Sequence record: MK514281.1 | Length of the DNA stretch: 64,000 bases | Direction: 5' to 3' (one strand) | The notes under the pieces: generated by a model | What the model was told of the DNA's origin: nothing | The model's database searches: none | What the model saw: the letters and a program-made list of their open reading frames with translations, nothing else | Translations under genes and position numbers: made by a program | In this document: positions 53,994 to 63,800 of the stretch, in pieces | Numbering within the stretch: the first letter of the stretch is position 1 | How the letters are laid out: every line of letters begins with the position of its first letter

Positions 53994-54554
53994 ATGAGTA
54001 GCTTGATAAACAACCTGACCGGTAAAAACAAAGTTGAGTTCAGCCCGATTGATCTTGACAGTGAAGTCGAGCGGGTTGTCTCTGAGTATGTCGGTACATA
54101 CTTACGCAACCGTATCTTTCTGGCAGCACAATCGAAGATACCGGTGAATGAAGACCCAGGGTATCTGCAGATTGTAAACTTCTTGGCGTTGGTGAACATG
54201 GAGTTCAACCATATGCGCATGTGGTCTACGTCCGACATGACCAATACCGTCTGGCCGCAGATCGTTGAAGATGAGTATGTGTTGCGCTTTGTGTTTAAAG
54301 GCACTACCCATGTCAGTGTGCGGTGCTTTGATGGCGACGTACCCTTTCAGAAACTGGTCGACCATGTGGCCGGTTCTCTAAGCTGTATGTCACACGGCGG
54401 AAATGAAATCATCGCAGCAGCGTTAACCCAGGTCCTGCCACGCAATGACGAACTGGTTGAGCTCTTTACCGGTAACCAGTGGTCGTTGTTCATTTATTAC
54501 CTGACGCGCATTAACATCATTGAGATTGTGACCAATTCGGGAGGTAGTGTATAA
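53994..54554 (+). CDS. Conserved-type hypothetical (possibly virion) protein
   Basis: AAGGA RBS; in an operon with the RNAP subunit. Confidence 0.7.
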   Translation: MSSLINNLTGKNKVEFSPIDLDSEVERVVSEYVGTYLRNRIFLAAQSKIPVNEDPGYLQIVNFLALVNMEFNHMRMWSTSDMTNTVWPQIVEDEYVLRFVFKGTTHVSVRCFDGDVPFQKLVDHVAGSLSCMSHGGNEIIAAALTQVLPRNDELVELFTGNQWSLFIYYLTRINIIEIVTNSGGSV

Positions 54555-55282
54555 TGGTGGGCGGAGATCGTATTGGGTGTTACGTCCCCCTGGATGCTTT
54601 GTTGGATACCCGTATCGGGGTCATTGACCAAGTGGCCGGGGAAGTAGGATTGGAGTTGGTTAAGTCGTGGTACCATACTCGCACGGCTGATCGCTTTGAC
54701 CGAAAAGGCACACCGTTAACGCAGGCGGCATATCAGGCAGCCTGGGCCGCCCGCAGTGAAGAGACCTTAAAGCGTACACGCATGACCTTTGTGCCGATGT
54801 ACCTGATGAACCTGATCAGTCGCTTTAACACCTCACACGGCATGCCGATCATGGCCGCAACCTACAACATCACGGTGAACACGTATCCGTATCGGTTATC
54901 CGATGAGCGCAAAGAGCAGCTGCAGAAGATCATCGAAACGTACACGTCAGGCATTGCTGAAATCACCATTGACTATATCAGTCCAGCAGACCTGACTGTC
55001 GAGTACGTGAAGGCGAACTACTCCGTGTGCATCATGTATGAGTTTGATGAGTGGTTGATGTTGCATAAAGACGAGTTCAGCCAGACCCAGATGCCCGGGA
55101 CCGTAATCCTGGCACCTAAGTTGTATCTGGCGGATGTGGGGGAAGATGTGATTAAGCGGGCAGAGCAGACCGATGGCTTTGCAGGCCTGAGCCTGGCACT
55201 CTGTGCATTGGTGACAGTGGTGTTCCTGGATGTAAGGTTGTTCTCTTATGTCACAGACACACCACCGAATCTGGATGAGTGA
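54554..55282 (+). CDS. Hypothetical protein
   Basis: TAATG overlap; GGAGG RBS. Confidence 0.75.
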   Translation: MVGGDRIGCYVPLDALLDTRIGVIDQVAGEVGLELVKSWYHTRTADRFDRKGTPLTQAAYQAAWAARSEETLKRTRMTFVPMYLMNLISRFNTSHGMPIMAATYNITVNTYPYRLSDERKEQLQKIIETYTSGIAEITIDYISPADLTVEYVKANYSVCIMYEFDEWLMLHKDEFSQTQMPGTVILAPKLYLADVGEDVIKRAEQTDGFAGLSLALCALVTVVFLDVRLFSYVTDTPPNLDE

Positions 55283-55741
55283 TTACTTCTTTTCGCCGCC
55301 TGGGTTCATGATATCATCGTACTCGATGTGTTCACTGCCTTGACGGGTCTCACCTGCTTTAAACTCCGGGACCGGTAACTGACTGGCATCCGGGGTTGGA
55401 GCAGGGACGGCGGCAATCGAGGTGTCTGCACCTTCACCACGCAGGGCAAAACCACCGGCAGCCAACACTTGCTTAACTGCACCGATGATAACAGCACCTT
55501 GCGCTTCGTCGTTCTCTTGGGCTTTCTGCTCAAGGTCAAGACGTTGACGGTTAATGATGGATTTGTCGATATCACCCATCGCGGTCAGGGCGATCTTCAA
55601 CATCTTCGGGTCTTGTCGGGAGGCCTTGATGGGAGCACCGGACTCAGAGTCCTTCTCATCAAGGATATCTTCGACAATCCCTAACCGTCGCATTTGCATA
55701 CGACGCATCAAGGCCGCATCGTCTAATTCATAATCAGCCAT
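55283..55741 (-). CDS. Hypothetical protein
   Basis: GGAGG RBS before ATG at 55741; abuts the convergent gene with no gap. Confidence 0.7.
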   Translation of the reverse strand: MADYELDDAALMRRMQMRRLGIVEDILDEKDSESGAPIKASRQDPKMLKIALTAMGDIDKSIINRQRLDLEQKAQENDEAQGAVIIGAVKQVLAAGGFALRGEGADTSIAAVPAPTPDASQLPVPEFKAGETRQGSEHIEYDDIMNPGGEKK

Positions 55742-55763
55742 GAGGCCTCCAGAATAATTCACA

Positions 55764-55782
55764 CCTACATTATCTAGGTGAT
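55764..55782 (+). promoter_or_regulatory. Putative early promoter (variant)
   Basis: CCTACATTAT-CTAG-GTGAT. Confidence 0.65.
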
Positions 55783-55806
55783 CGTAGTGTATTAAAAGGA
55801 ATCGTT

Positions 55807-56337
55807 ATGCGCTTTTTTAAAAAGCTTGCACTCAAACGATGCATGGCGATGTTGCGTGATGCGAAGCACGATACCTTCACCGCGCAAGAAAGCATGAACG
55901 TTCTACATGTGCTTGATACCGTGATTTCCACGGACGGCATCATAAAATATTTCGATGTTCGGGTTTCGCTCTCCATATTGATGGAAACACAACTCCCCAA
56001 TGCGATGGCGATGCTGGACTTGATCACCGAAATAAACAAACACATTCAAAAGGATTTGGATGCCACGTTACCGGATCACGGGACACTATTTGCTGAGTTT
56101 CGTGATCTGCGAGTCTTAAGCTTATATGACTGGTTATCTGATAGCGCGGGTCGAGTAGTAGATGCACCACACTTTTACCAACTGTTCATTGATCAGTTGA
56201 ACCAATTAATTACCGTTATAGTGAACTGTGAAGACCAGGCAACCCAACAGTATTATCTGCGTAGATTGCAACCGCTCTACAACGAATTACTGGGAACAGT
56301 GTATGCGGCGTTACACTGCGGAATGCTGAGTCTCTAA
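55807..56337 (+). CDS. Hypothetical early protein
   Basis: AAAGGA RBS. Confidence 0.75.
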   Translation: MRFFKKLALKRCMAMLRDAKHDTFTAQESMNVLHVLDTVISTDGIIKYFDVRVSLSILMETQLPNAMAMLDLITEINKHIQKDLDATLPDHGTLFAEFRDLRVLSLYDWLSDSAGRVVDAPHFYQLFIDQLNQLITVIVNCEDQATQQYYLRRLQPLYNELLGTVYAALHCGMLSL

Positions 56338-56348
56338 GGAGTTATCAG

Positions 56349-56813
56349 GTGTCTGACAAGAAAAAACCAAGGGATCAATTGACGGAGATGTTAACCGATC
56401 CGACAAAGCGGTCACGGCAGACCGCGCATCCGTTGGTGAGGCTCTGGCGACAATTCATGGCACGGGAGCTCATCACTCCTTCCAAATGGGGTGCCTTGAT
56501 TGCCGAGCACATCACTCGATTGCGACAATACAAAGAAATGGATGTCCAGGCTGTTGGTACCGAACGGGGTAATTTAAAGAAAGCGTTTATTGAAAAGAAC
56601 ACCATGTCTTTTTCGGCGTTTCAACGTGGCTTACGTTTCCTGGGTTTTGCCAAGGTCACGATCATCGTCATTGCAGAGCGACCTAATGGTGAGAAGGTTG
56701 AAGAGCGTGTCGAGATTGAATTAATTAAGCGTATGTTTACAGCAGGAACACCGCCAGCCACACCGCCAACAGAGAAAGATAAACCCGATTCTGATAAACC
56801 GCCTGAGAAGTAA
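56349..56813 (+). CDS. Hypothetical protein, possibly DNA-binding
   Basis: GTG start after AAGGAG; basic helical pattern RGNLKK...MSF..F.RGLRFL; terminator at about 56834-56870. Confidence 0.65.
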   Translation: MSDKKKPRDQLTEMLTDPTKRSRQTAHPLVRLWRQFMARELITPSKWGALIAEHITRLRQYKEMDVQAVGTERGNLKKAFIEKNTMSFSAFQRGLRFLGFAKVTIIVIAERPNGEKVEERVEIELIKRMFTAGTPPATPPTEKDKPDSDKPPEK

Positions 56814-56885
56814 AGACGATACTATAGAAGATGGGACTTCGGTCCCATCGCTATTCCCTTCTTTTTTTTTTGTTGAGGTTTGATC

Positions 56886-57956
56886 ATGGCTGGAGTGGAT
56901 ATTGGGCAATCGATTCAAAACTCGATTAAGGCAGCAGGTTCAGTAACAACCAACGCCGTGAACAAAGTTCAATCAACTTTTGTCGGAGGCGTGAAAGAAG
57001 ACCTGGCATTAATCGATGCCAAAGCGAAGTCAGCGGTACAAACCCTGAACTCGTTTAAAGATACCCAGATTGGTGCTATCGATGGCTTTATTAAGAAAGT
57101 CTCCGGGGGTGCGCTCAGCATCTCTGAACTCTCGAGCATCATCGATGTACGTAATGGCATCAGCATTGACTACCAGCGCCTCTATCGTCGCTTAGGGGAC
57201 GCGGCGGGTTTCCCGATGGATTCAATCATTGGGATGACGGCTGATCTTAAAATGGAAGTGGCGAATCTCCTTGATGCCTATTCCAGCAAGAACTACACCT
57301 ACCTGCTTAATAAAGCCGGGGTGAAGATCGGGGTCAATGACTCGAGCTATCAAGCGGCACAGTTGATTGCTGGTGTGATCAGTAAGATGTCCAAGTCGGA
57401 CTCTGACTTTAATACCATGGTGGATGAAGCAGCGCAACTGGCGTTGTTAAATGTCATGGTGCGTAATGCGGTGCAGGTCGGACTCTGGTCGGGGATTGAT
57501 ACCTTACTGGGTCAGTACACCGATAAAGCAGCTGGGATCACCAATCTGGCGACCTGTGCCCAGATCTCAATTCGGGGTGGGGATGTCTTTACCACCAAGT
57601 ACATCATTGACACCGTCGGGATTGCGCGGGTCACTGCACTGAACACCGATTTCCTGACTGACATGTTACGCTACTTTAAGTTCAAGAGTGATGTGACTGC
57701 GGATCAGTACGCGAACTACCTGGCAACGTTGACTTACTGTTTACAGCAGGCCGAAGCGGATTGGGCGTATATGCAGTTCGGTACAGTACGGGCATTGCGG
57801 TTAAAGCCGTTCACCAATGCGTCAACGGATGCGATCACTCTGTTCCAGCATACTGACGAATACCGTCAGCACGTCATGATTGCCCGGACTTATCCACCCC
57901 GTGATCTGATGGATTTACTGAAACAGAATTACCCGTACATGGCTGTCGTGCAATAA
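56886..57956 (+). CDS. Putative virion (baseplate/tail) protein
   Basis: GAGGT RBS; adjacent to the tail module. Confidence 0.55.
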   Translation: MAGVDIGQSIQNSIKAAGSVTTNAVNKVQSTFVGGVKEDLALIDAKAKSAVQTLNSFKDTQIGAIDGFIKKVSGGALSISELSSIIDVRNGISIDYQRLYRRLGDAAGFPMDSIIGMTADLKMEVANLLDAYSSKNYTYLLNKAGVKIGVNDSSYQAAQLIAGVISKMSKSDSDFNTMVDEAAQLALLNVMVRNAVQVGLWSGIDTLLGQYTDKAAGITNLATCAQISIRGGDVFTTKYIIDTVGIARVTALNTDFLTDMLRYFKFKSDVTADQYANYLATLTYCLQQAEADWAYMQFGTVRALRLKPFTNASTDAITLFQHTDEYRQHVMIARTYPPRDLMDLLKQNYPYMAVVQ

Positions 57957-57958
57957 CC

Positions 57959-57995
57959 AACATAAGGAGAGGGCCAGCGCCCTCTCCTCTATGCC
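57959..57995. terminator. Bidirectional terminator with TATG motifs on both strands
   Basis: AACATAA-GGAGAGGGC-CAGC-GCCCTCTCC-TCTATGCC. Confidence 0.85.
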
Positions 57996-58006
57996 GTCTT
58001 TCTTTT

Positions 58007-58723
58007 TTATGCCGACCCTATTAGCTCTAACACTGGGCGCCAATGCATATTGCTAGCGGTATAATTTTTGTTAGTATTACCGCTTTTGGTAACAGCGCTG
58101 TACGGTCCAATGTTGTTACTTGTGACGTTGACTTGTGTTTCCTGACACTGTATAAGTGTCGAGGATACAGCTAAGTTGATCGAAGCCCACTTTTCCCCTG
58201 ACTCAGTTTGCGCGGCAGTAGTCTCGCTGGCAATATGGAACATGGTGCGACCCCATTCTGATGTTTTCTCAATCGCATTAGGGGGGTAGGCCAATGGGTC
58301 TGCTAAACCACATTTTGGTAATCGTACCAGAAACTTATAACCAAGAAAGGTGATGGTCTTATTCTGCGGCACTAATGGCGTTGCTGGGTATGGGTATTTG
58401 CCCGGCCCTGCGATGCCATACACCATCCCTTTGGCATACAGCTGCTCCCAACTACACGAATTTATCATAGTGGCAGTAGGAATGAACAAGATTTTACCAT
58501 CAACAACAAACTTCGCCCATGTGACGCCGCTGTTATATACGGTCCCATTGTTAAAACCGGTTAAGGAGCGTAGCGTTGCAGTATCTATAAACTGGCTAGG
58601 TGGGATCGTGCCGTAATATCCGGTTTCATACCCTGGACTGGGATTGTAATAGTTGAGTAGGGTTGCTGGACCCGGTCCAGTACCCACTAACTTTTTCCCA
58701 CCAAAAAATAACATTTCTAACAT
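58007..58723 (-). CDS. phiKZ gp131-family-like virion protein (MLEML family)
   Basis: GPGP..L, GYYG.I...FI, G..YN....WAKF..DGKILFIP and SWEQLY..G.VYG motifs. Confidence 0.65.
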   Translation of the reverse strand: MLEMLFFGGKKLVGTGPGPATLLNYYNPSPGYETGYYGTIPPSQFIDTATLRSLTGFNNGTVYNSGVTWAKFVVDGKILFIPTATMINSCSWEQLYAKGMVYGIAGPGKYPYPATPLVPQNKTITFLGYKFLVRLPKCGLADPLAYPPNAIEKTSEWGRTMFHIASETTAAQTESGEKWASINLAVSSTLIQCQETQVNVTSNNIGPYSAVTKSGNTNKNYTASNMHWRPVLELIGSA

Positions 58724-58793
58724 AGCGTTAACCTTGGTTAAAGACGTTCATAGAATCTACAGGAAGTCTAGGTCATGCACCGAGAATAAGGTG

Positions 58794-58829
58794 AGGGAGT
58801 GGCGTTTGCCACTCCCTTCCACCTATGCT
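58794..58829. terminator. Terminator hairpin
   Basis: AGGGAGTGGC-GTTT-GCCACTCCCT, then CTATGCT and a T run. Confidence 0.75.
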
Positions 58830-58848
58830 GTTTTTTTTTGTTGAAGGA

Positions 58849-60837
58849 TCAGTTGCGGTACGTACCCTCGACAAAGGCGCTGATAGCTTGCCCGACCAGC
58901 GAGGACGAGAAGGTTGCAGCCATTTGGGTTGGGGACACCCACTGTTTCACATCAAGCTGGGTCTTGGCTAACACGCGTGCCAATTTGTCTGAACGGTAGA
59001 TCTGTTCATTCAATCCCATACCAGACAGCACCGCCAGGTAGTCGGAGTAGTTGTTGTCATCGGTCATGAGCTTAGCCGCTGCACGGGCCGGGTTGGTTAA
59101 GTCACCCGGGTTCAACGCAGGATCGATCGGTGCATGCAGCATTGGTGACATATCGGCCACCGAGAACGTCACGTCAATCCCCAAAGGATGTTTGTCTTTG
59201 TTCCAGCCCACGTTACCCACACCACGTTGAATACTCATTGAGTCGATCATCCCTAAACGGGTTTGTGAGCGACCTTTTGAGTACGCTTCGACTAAGAACG
59301 GTGAGGTATAGGCCTGAGCGCCCACAGAACGCGGCAGGACCATGTTTAACAAACAAACCAAGGGAATGATCAGGTTCTGGATGCGTGCCACTGGGTGGCC
59401 GTACGGAGAGCGTAGATTGATGGTGTACGTTTCCCGGGGTAAGGATGCCGTCGACCCGGTCCAGTGCTGTGGGATCTCAATATAACCTTGGCCCAGCATC
59501 AGGTTAACAATCCCACCAAGACTGGTGCCGGATGCATAACCTTGGACTACCTGCATACTGGAGTCAATCAAGGCATCGATCGGTGCAAAGCCAGTCTTAC
59601 CGCCGCCGGCCATGAAGCGAGCATCCTGTGCTGCAGTAGACGCGCCGTTCAGTATTCCGGTTAACTGGTTCTCACCAAACGAACTCTGGAAGGATTCTCC
59701 GATCGCGCCGTTATGGTTCACCTTGAAACCAATAAAGGAACCGCCATCCCGCAACTCCGATTCCATGTGGTCGAGTACACTGTTAAAGAACCCAGTGGAT
59801 TTCTCCACATCTGTGACCGACGCAGCATCACCGGTGGCAGTTGGTGCAGTTACTCCGGTATCGCCATCAGCATCCGTGGTGTAGTTCCCCGCCCCTTCCA
59901 TCCCGGTACCAGACGGATCTTTCACCTGACCCAATCCCGAACTGAAGTAGGATTGCAGATACGTGGTCAGATTAGACTCTGGGCTGTCGCCAGCCGGATC
60001 GGTCCATTCGTTACCGTGTTTGTTAATCGCCCGGATCGCACTGTTACGTTCCGTTACCGAAGAGGACTCGATACGCTGGGCCAGTGCTTTCTGCCAACGA
60101 ATGTGTTTACGGTTTGCACGGTTAGCAAGATAGAAAAGGTCAACAGAACCATCAGCACGCCACAAACCAGGCAACATGTTCGCAAGCAGTTTACGCTCGT
60201 TCGGTGTGTAAGCAGAGAAGTCAAACGTTTGTTCCTTAGCCTGAGCATGACGTGTACGGAATGCCGGTGGGATAATCCCCATGTTGATCATGATGGCGTT
60301 CAACATATTGGTGCAGGATTTCCAATAGAGCGGCATCGCGTTTTTGGAGTAATAGAACTTGGATTTCGGAATCCCCATCAGCCAGGTAACTGTGGTATAG
60401 GTGACCGAGATGGCCTGCAGTGGCCAGTGCACAATCGCTGACGCCGCTTCGGCAAAGTGGAACAACCAACCCGGGGCACGACCAGTACGCGCCAGGTAGG
60501 CGGCATTGGCATCAAACATGTTGGCCAGGAAACTGAAGATCCCGTTGAACTCCGGCACCCCCATACGGAAATAGACCACATCGGCATTGTCATCAATGTT
60601 AGCACTATAGTCCGACCCCATTCCACCAAACTGATCATTCCACCAACGACTGGCACGAATGTCACAGCTCGGCGACCACTGAGGCGGTGGGTTAATCCAG
60701 AAGTTACCACCCGGGGTTGTGTCTGTGAATTTGTTTCGGGCCTTCTGATATTGCCTACGGTCTTTTAACCCGTCATCAATATTTACACCAGAAAGCATAA
60801 ATGCCTGTTGTAAATAATCATGGTCTTTAATGTTCAT
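58849..60837 (-). CDS. Putative baseplate/tail hub protein (phiKZ-like core, downstream of the tape measure)
   Basis: 662 aa; T...L.LRSPYG, SPFLV.AY.KG.....LGMIDSMSIQRG tube/hub-like pattern. Confidence 0.65.
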   Translation of the reverse strand: MNIKDHDYLQQAFMLSGVNIDDGLKDRRQYQKARNKFTDTTPGGNFWINPPPQWSPSCDIRASRWWNDQFGGMGSDYSANIDDNADVVYFRMGVPEFNGIFSFLANMFDANAAYLARTGRAPGWLFHFAEAASAIVHWPLQAISVTYTTVTWLMGIPKSKFYYSKNAMPLYWKSCTNMLNAIMINMGIIPPAFRTRHAQAKEQTFDFSAYTPNERKLLANMLPGLWRADGSVDLFYLANRANRKHIRWQKALAQRIESSSVTERNSAIRAINKHGNEWTDPAGDSPESNLTTYLQSYFSSGLGQVKDPSGTGMEGAGNYTTDADGDTGVTAPTATGDAASVTDVEKSTGFFNSVLDHMESELRDGGSFIGFKVNHNGAIGESFQSSFGENQLTGILNGASTAAQDARFMAGGGKTGFAPIDALIDSSMQVVQGYASGTSLGGIVNLMLGQGYIEIPQHWTGSTASLPRETYTINLRSPYGHPVARIQNLIIPLVCLLNMVLPRSVGAQAYTSPFLVEAYSKGRSQTRLGMIDSMSIQRGVGNVGWNKDKHPLGIDVTFSVADMSPMLHAPIDPALNPGDLTNPARAAAKLMTDDNNYSDYLAVLSGMGLNEQIYRSDKLARVLAKTQLDVKQWVSPTQMAATFSSSLVGQAISAFVEGTYRN

Positions 60838-60899
60838 TCACCAACTCCGAATGATTAAGAATAAGAAGGCGGGGCATGACCCCCGCCTGATGTTACTGA

Positions 60900-63800
60900 C
60901 TAGCCATTACCGTATTTGCGAGCAAAGCTCACCGGTGGTGTACCAGCACCACTGGCAGGTGCTTGCGGTGCCGCCGGTGCAGGTTTGTTCAACATCTGGG
61001 TTTGCACCGCAATGAACTGCTTCATGATCTCAACCAACGAGTTCATGTTATTGTCGATGTTCGCCAGGTGGTCTTTACTGCCAGAGATCGCCGCAGCAGA
61101 CTCTTTCGGTAAGACCGGTACGGGTGCCGGTGCAGGGGTAACTGTCGTGACCTGCGGGGCATTAGGAACCTGCCCTTGGGTCGGTTGCATGCGAGGAGGT
61201 GTGTTAAGGGTTGGGGTGGTTGGTGTTGGCGTAGACGCATCAGCGGCTGCTTGCTTATCGATAGCCGATGCCGTGGAGTCTTTGGCATTCGGTGTTGATG
61301 AACCTGCAGAAACGGCTGCTGCTACACTTGGTCCGCTTGTTGACTTCAATGCTGGCGCATCGCCTTGACCTGGAGGTGGTGCTACGGCATTAGCCGCAGA
61401 TGCACCCGGTGCAGTCAGCTCAGCTGCCGTCTTCGCACCCGACAATGCCGGAGTAGAAGGTCCGCTCTGTGCTTGACCGGATGCCAAGGTCTGCGCCTGG
61501 TTATCTTCAGCTGCATCACCTTGTGGACCAGCAGACTGATCTTTACCCGAGAGAATGTCATCAAACTTCCCAGTCCCCATTAGATCCGTATACTGTTTGA
61601 ACAACTGACCACGTTCAGCTAAACCATGTGTCCCGCCGTTGACCAATTTGGTAACAGTATTCAGATCCCCTTTCTTCGCAGCTTCCTCAATCCCATTACG
61701 CGACTTCCAATACCACAGTGCTGACTTCGCTGCCATGGTTGGGTCAGTCGAGATTTTATCGGGATCGGACACCAGGTCAACGCCAAGGCCTTTACTGGCA
61801 GCTGCGTAGTTGGCTTTACCGGTCAGCTGCATGAAGCCACGTCCACGGTACTTCCAACCATCACCCGGTTTGTCGTTCCCCATACGGCCACCGTAGATCG
61901 AGTTGGCAATCGCCACTGGACCCGCTGTCGCTAACTGCTGCGCGGCTGCCAGGGTGGGGAAGCGGTTAGGCCAGAGCCTCATCAGAGTCTCTGCTTTATA
62001 ACGCAGGTTCTCTTCGAGTTTGCTAAAGCCTCCGGACTCCAGGTGGGTCTGGGCCAAGAGCATGGCGAGTTCTTGTTTATCCGTAATGCCGGACTTCATG
62101 GCTTCACGAATCAAGATACGCGCACCCTCTTCGGCACCTGGACCTAACTTAATCGGCCCAACCTTCCCGGTGTTGTCAATCCCCCCGCCTGCACCTGCCG
62201 CACCACCTGCCGCACCGCCACCATAGGCTGTCTCGATACGTCCCGTTTCCGGGTTGTATGTGGTTACCTGACGCTGAGAGGTATAGACTTGACCGGTGCT
62301 CGTCTTCACCTGGTTGTTCACCATGTTACCGGACGAGTCCTTACGCCAATCTTTCTCAGTAGTGCCATCGGCCCGTTGTTGCACACCGCCTTTTACCGCT
62401 TCAGCAGAATACTGCGCTTGTTTGACTTGTGCCTTCAGGTTATTCAGGTGGTTTTGAACAACAGAGGCATCATCATTAAGTTCACCGGTTGACCACGGCG
62501 AGGTCTTAATGGTCCAAACAGAGATCGCATTCACGCCGTCGCTGTATTTGGCATTGGTGATCGCTGTCGCTGCAGCGAACTTCAACTCCGGCGGCATCTT
62601 CGGTACAGCAAGGGTCGGTCGACTGTCTCCGGTCTGGGTATAGACCGTACTGGCAAACGCTAAGTACGCCGGTAAGAAGCGACGAGTAAACCACGGTTCC
62701 CATGACTTGTAAGACCACTGGTTGGATGGACTCAAACCAAAGCTTGCAGCAACAACCCGGTAGATGTCTGAGGCTTTACCGTCAAACGTCGCACCGTTAT
62801 CTGCAAACTTGATCTTGTTCGCCATCACCAGTTCCAACTGCAGGAGTGTTGACACACGATCAACATCCAACGTTGGCAAGCCGTACACTTTCATCCGCAA
62901 CGCAGTGAGGTCATCCATCGGCTGACCGGCTTTAGGCAGTAAACCGCCTAAGATATCGCCGGCACTGACCACAGTACGATCACCGGTAAACCACGACGAC
63001 TCTTTATGCCCAACCGTTTTCAGCTCAGGGATATCGCCATTTGGGTTAATGGCTTTGACCATGTCACTGCTGAGTTCACGACTGGAGGCAACCTTATCCA
63101 TCCCGGTTGCAAAGACCGACGCTGATTTCCCCGTGGTCATCTTCTGAGCTTTGTTGCGCAGACGATCCAGCACATCTTTTACCAGCGCCTCGGTCTGTTT
63201 GCGATCGGTTGCATTCAGATCCGGGAAGATACGACCAGTAAACATGTACGGGTGATCAGATGACTCATCGAACTGTTGTGCACGTTTGGCGATCTCGTAC
63301 TTCGCCGCTTCATCCGTCGACTTATCCAGATCCATGAAGGCCTGGCTTGGGAGGACTTGTTTCGCCACGGCTTTGTGGGTCAGGTAAACCGGCTTGAAGC
63401 GATGCAGGAACCAGCCCGCGAATTGCTCCACTTGCTCACGGTCATTCGGGTCATCAACAAACAATGAACCGAGTTGGGCGATTGGGGCTTTCGGGTCGAG
63501 TGAGGCATAGCCATCATCGGTGGTTTTGACATACGGCTCTAACGCGGCTTCCAACTTCAGGATGGCCGAGACATGACTGGAGTCATTATCCGGAACACCA
63601 TACTGACGCAGACGCATCTGTTGCAGTAAGCCCGGGTCATTAAACCAGGTGTATAAAGAACGACCGATAGCACCGCCCCCTAATGCACCAATGGCCCCGC
63701 CCGCAATAGCGCCGATGGCTGTACCGACAACTGGCACGACTGAACCGATAGCCGCACCCATCGCCGCACCACCCAGGATACCGCCAACACCGGAGCCAGC

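Noticed and set aside
59713-60441. 242-aa plus-strand ORF
   Set aside because: Antisense shadow of the 662-aa structural gene, with no RBS or motifs.
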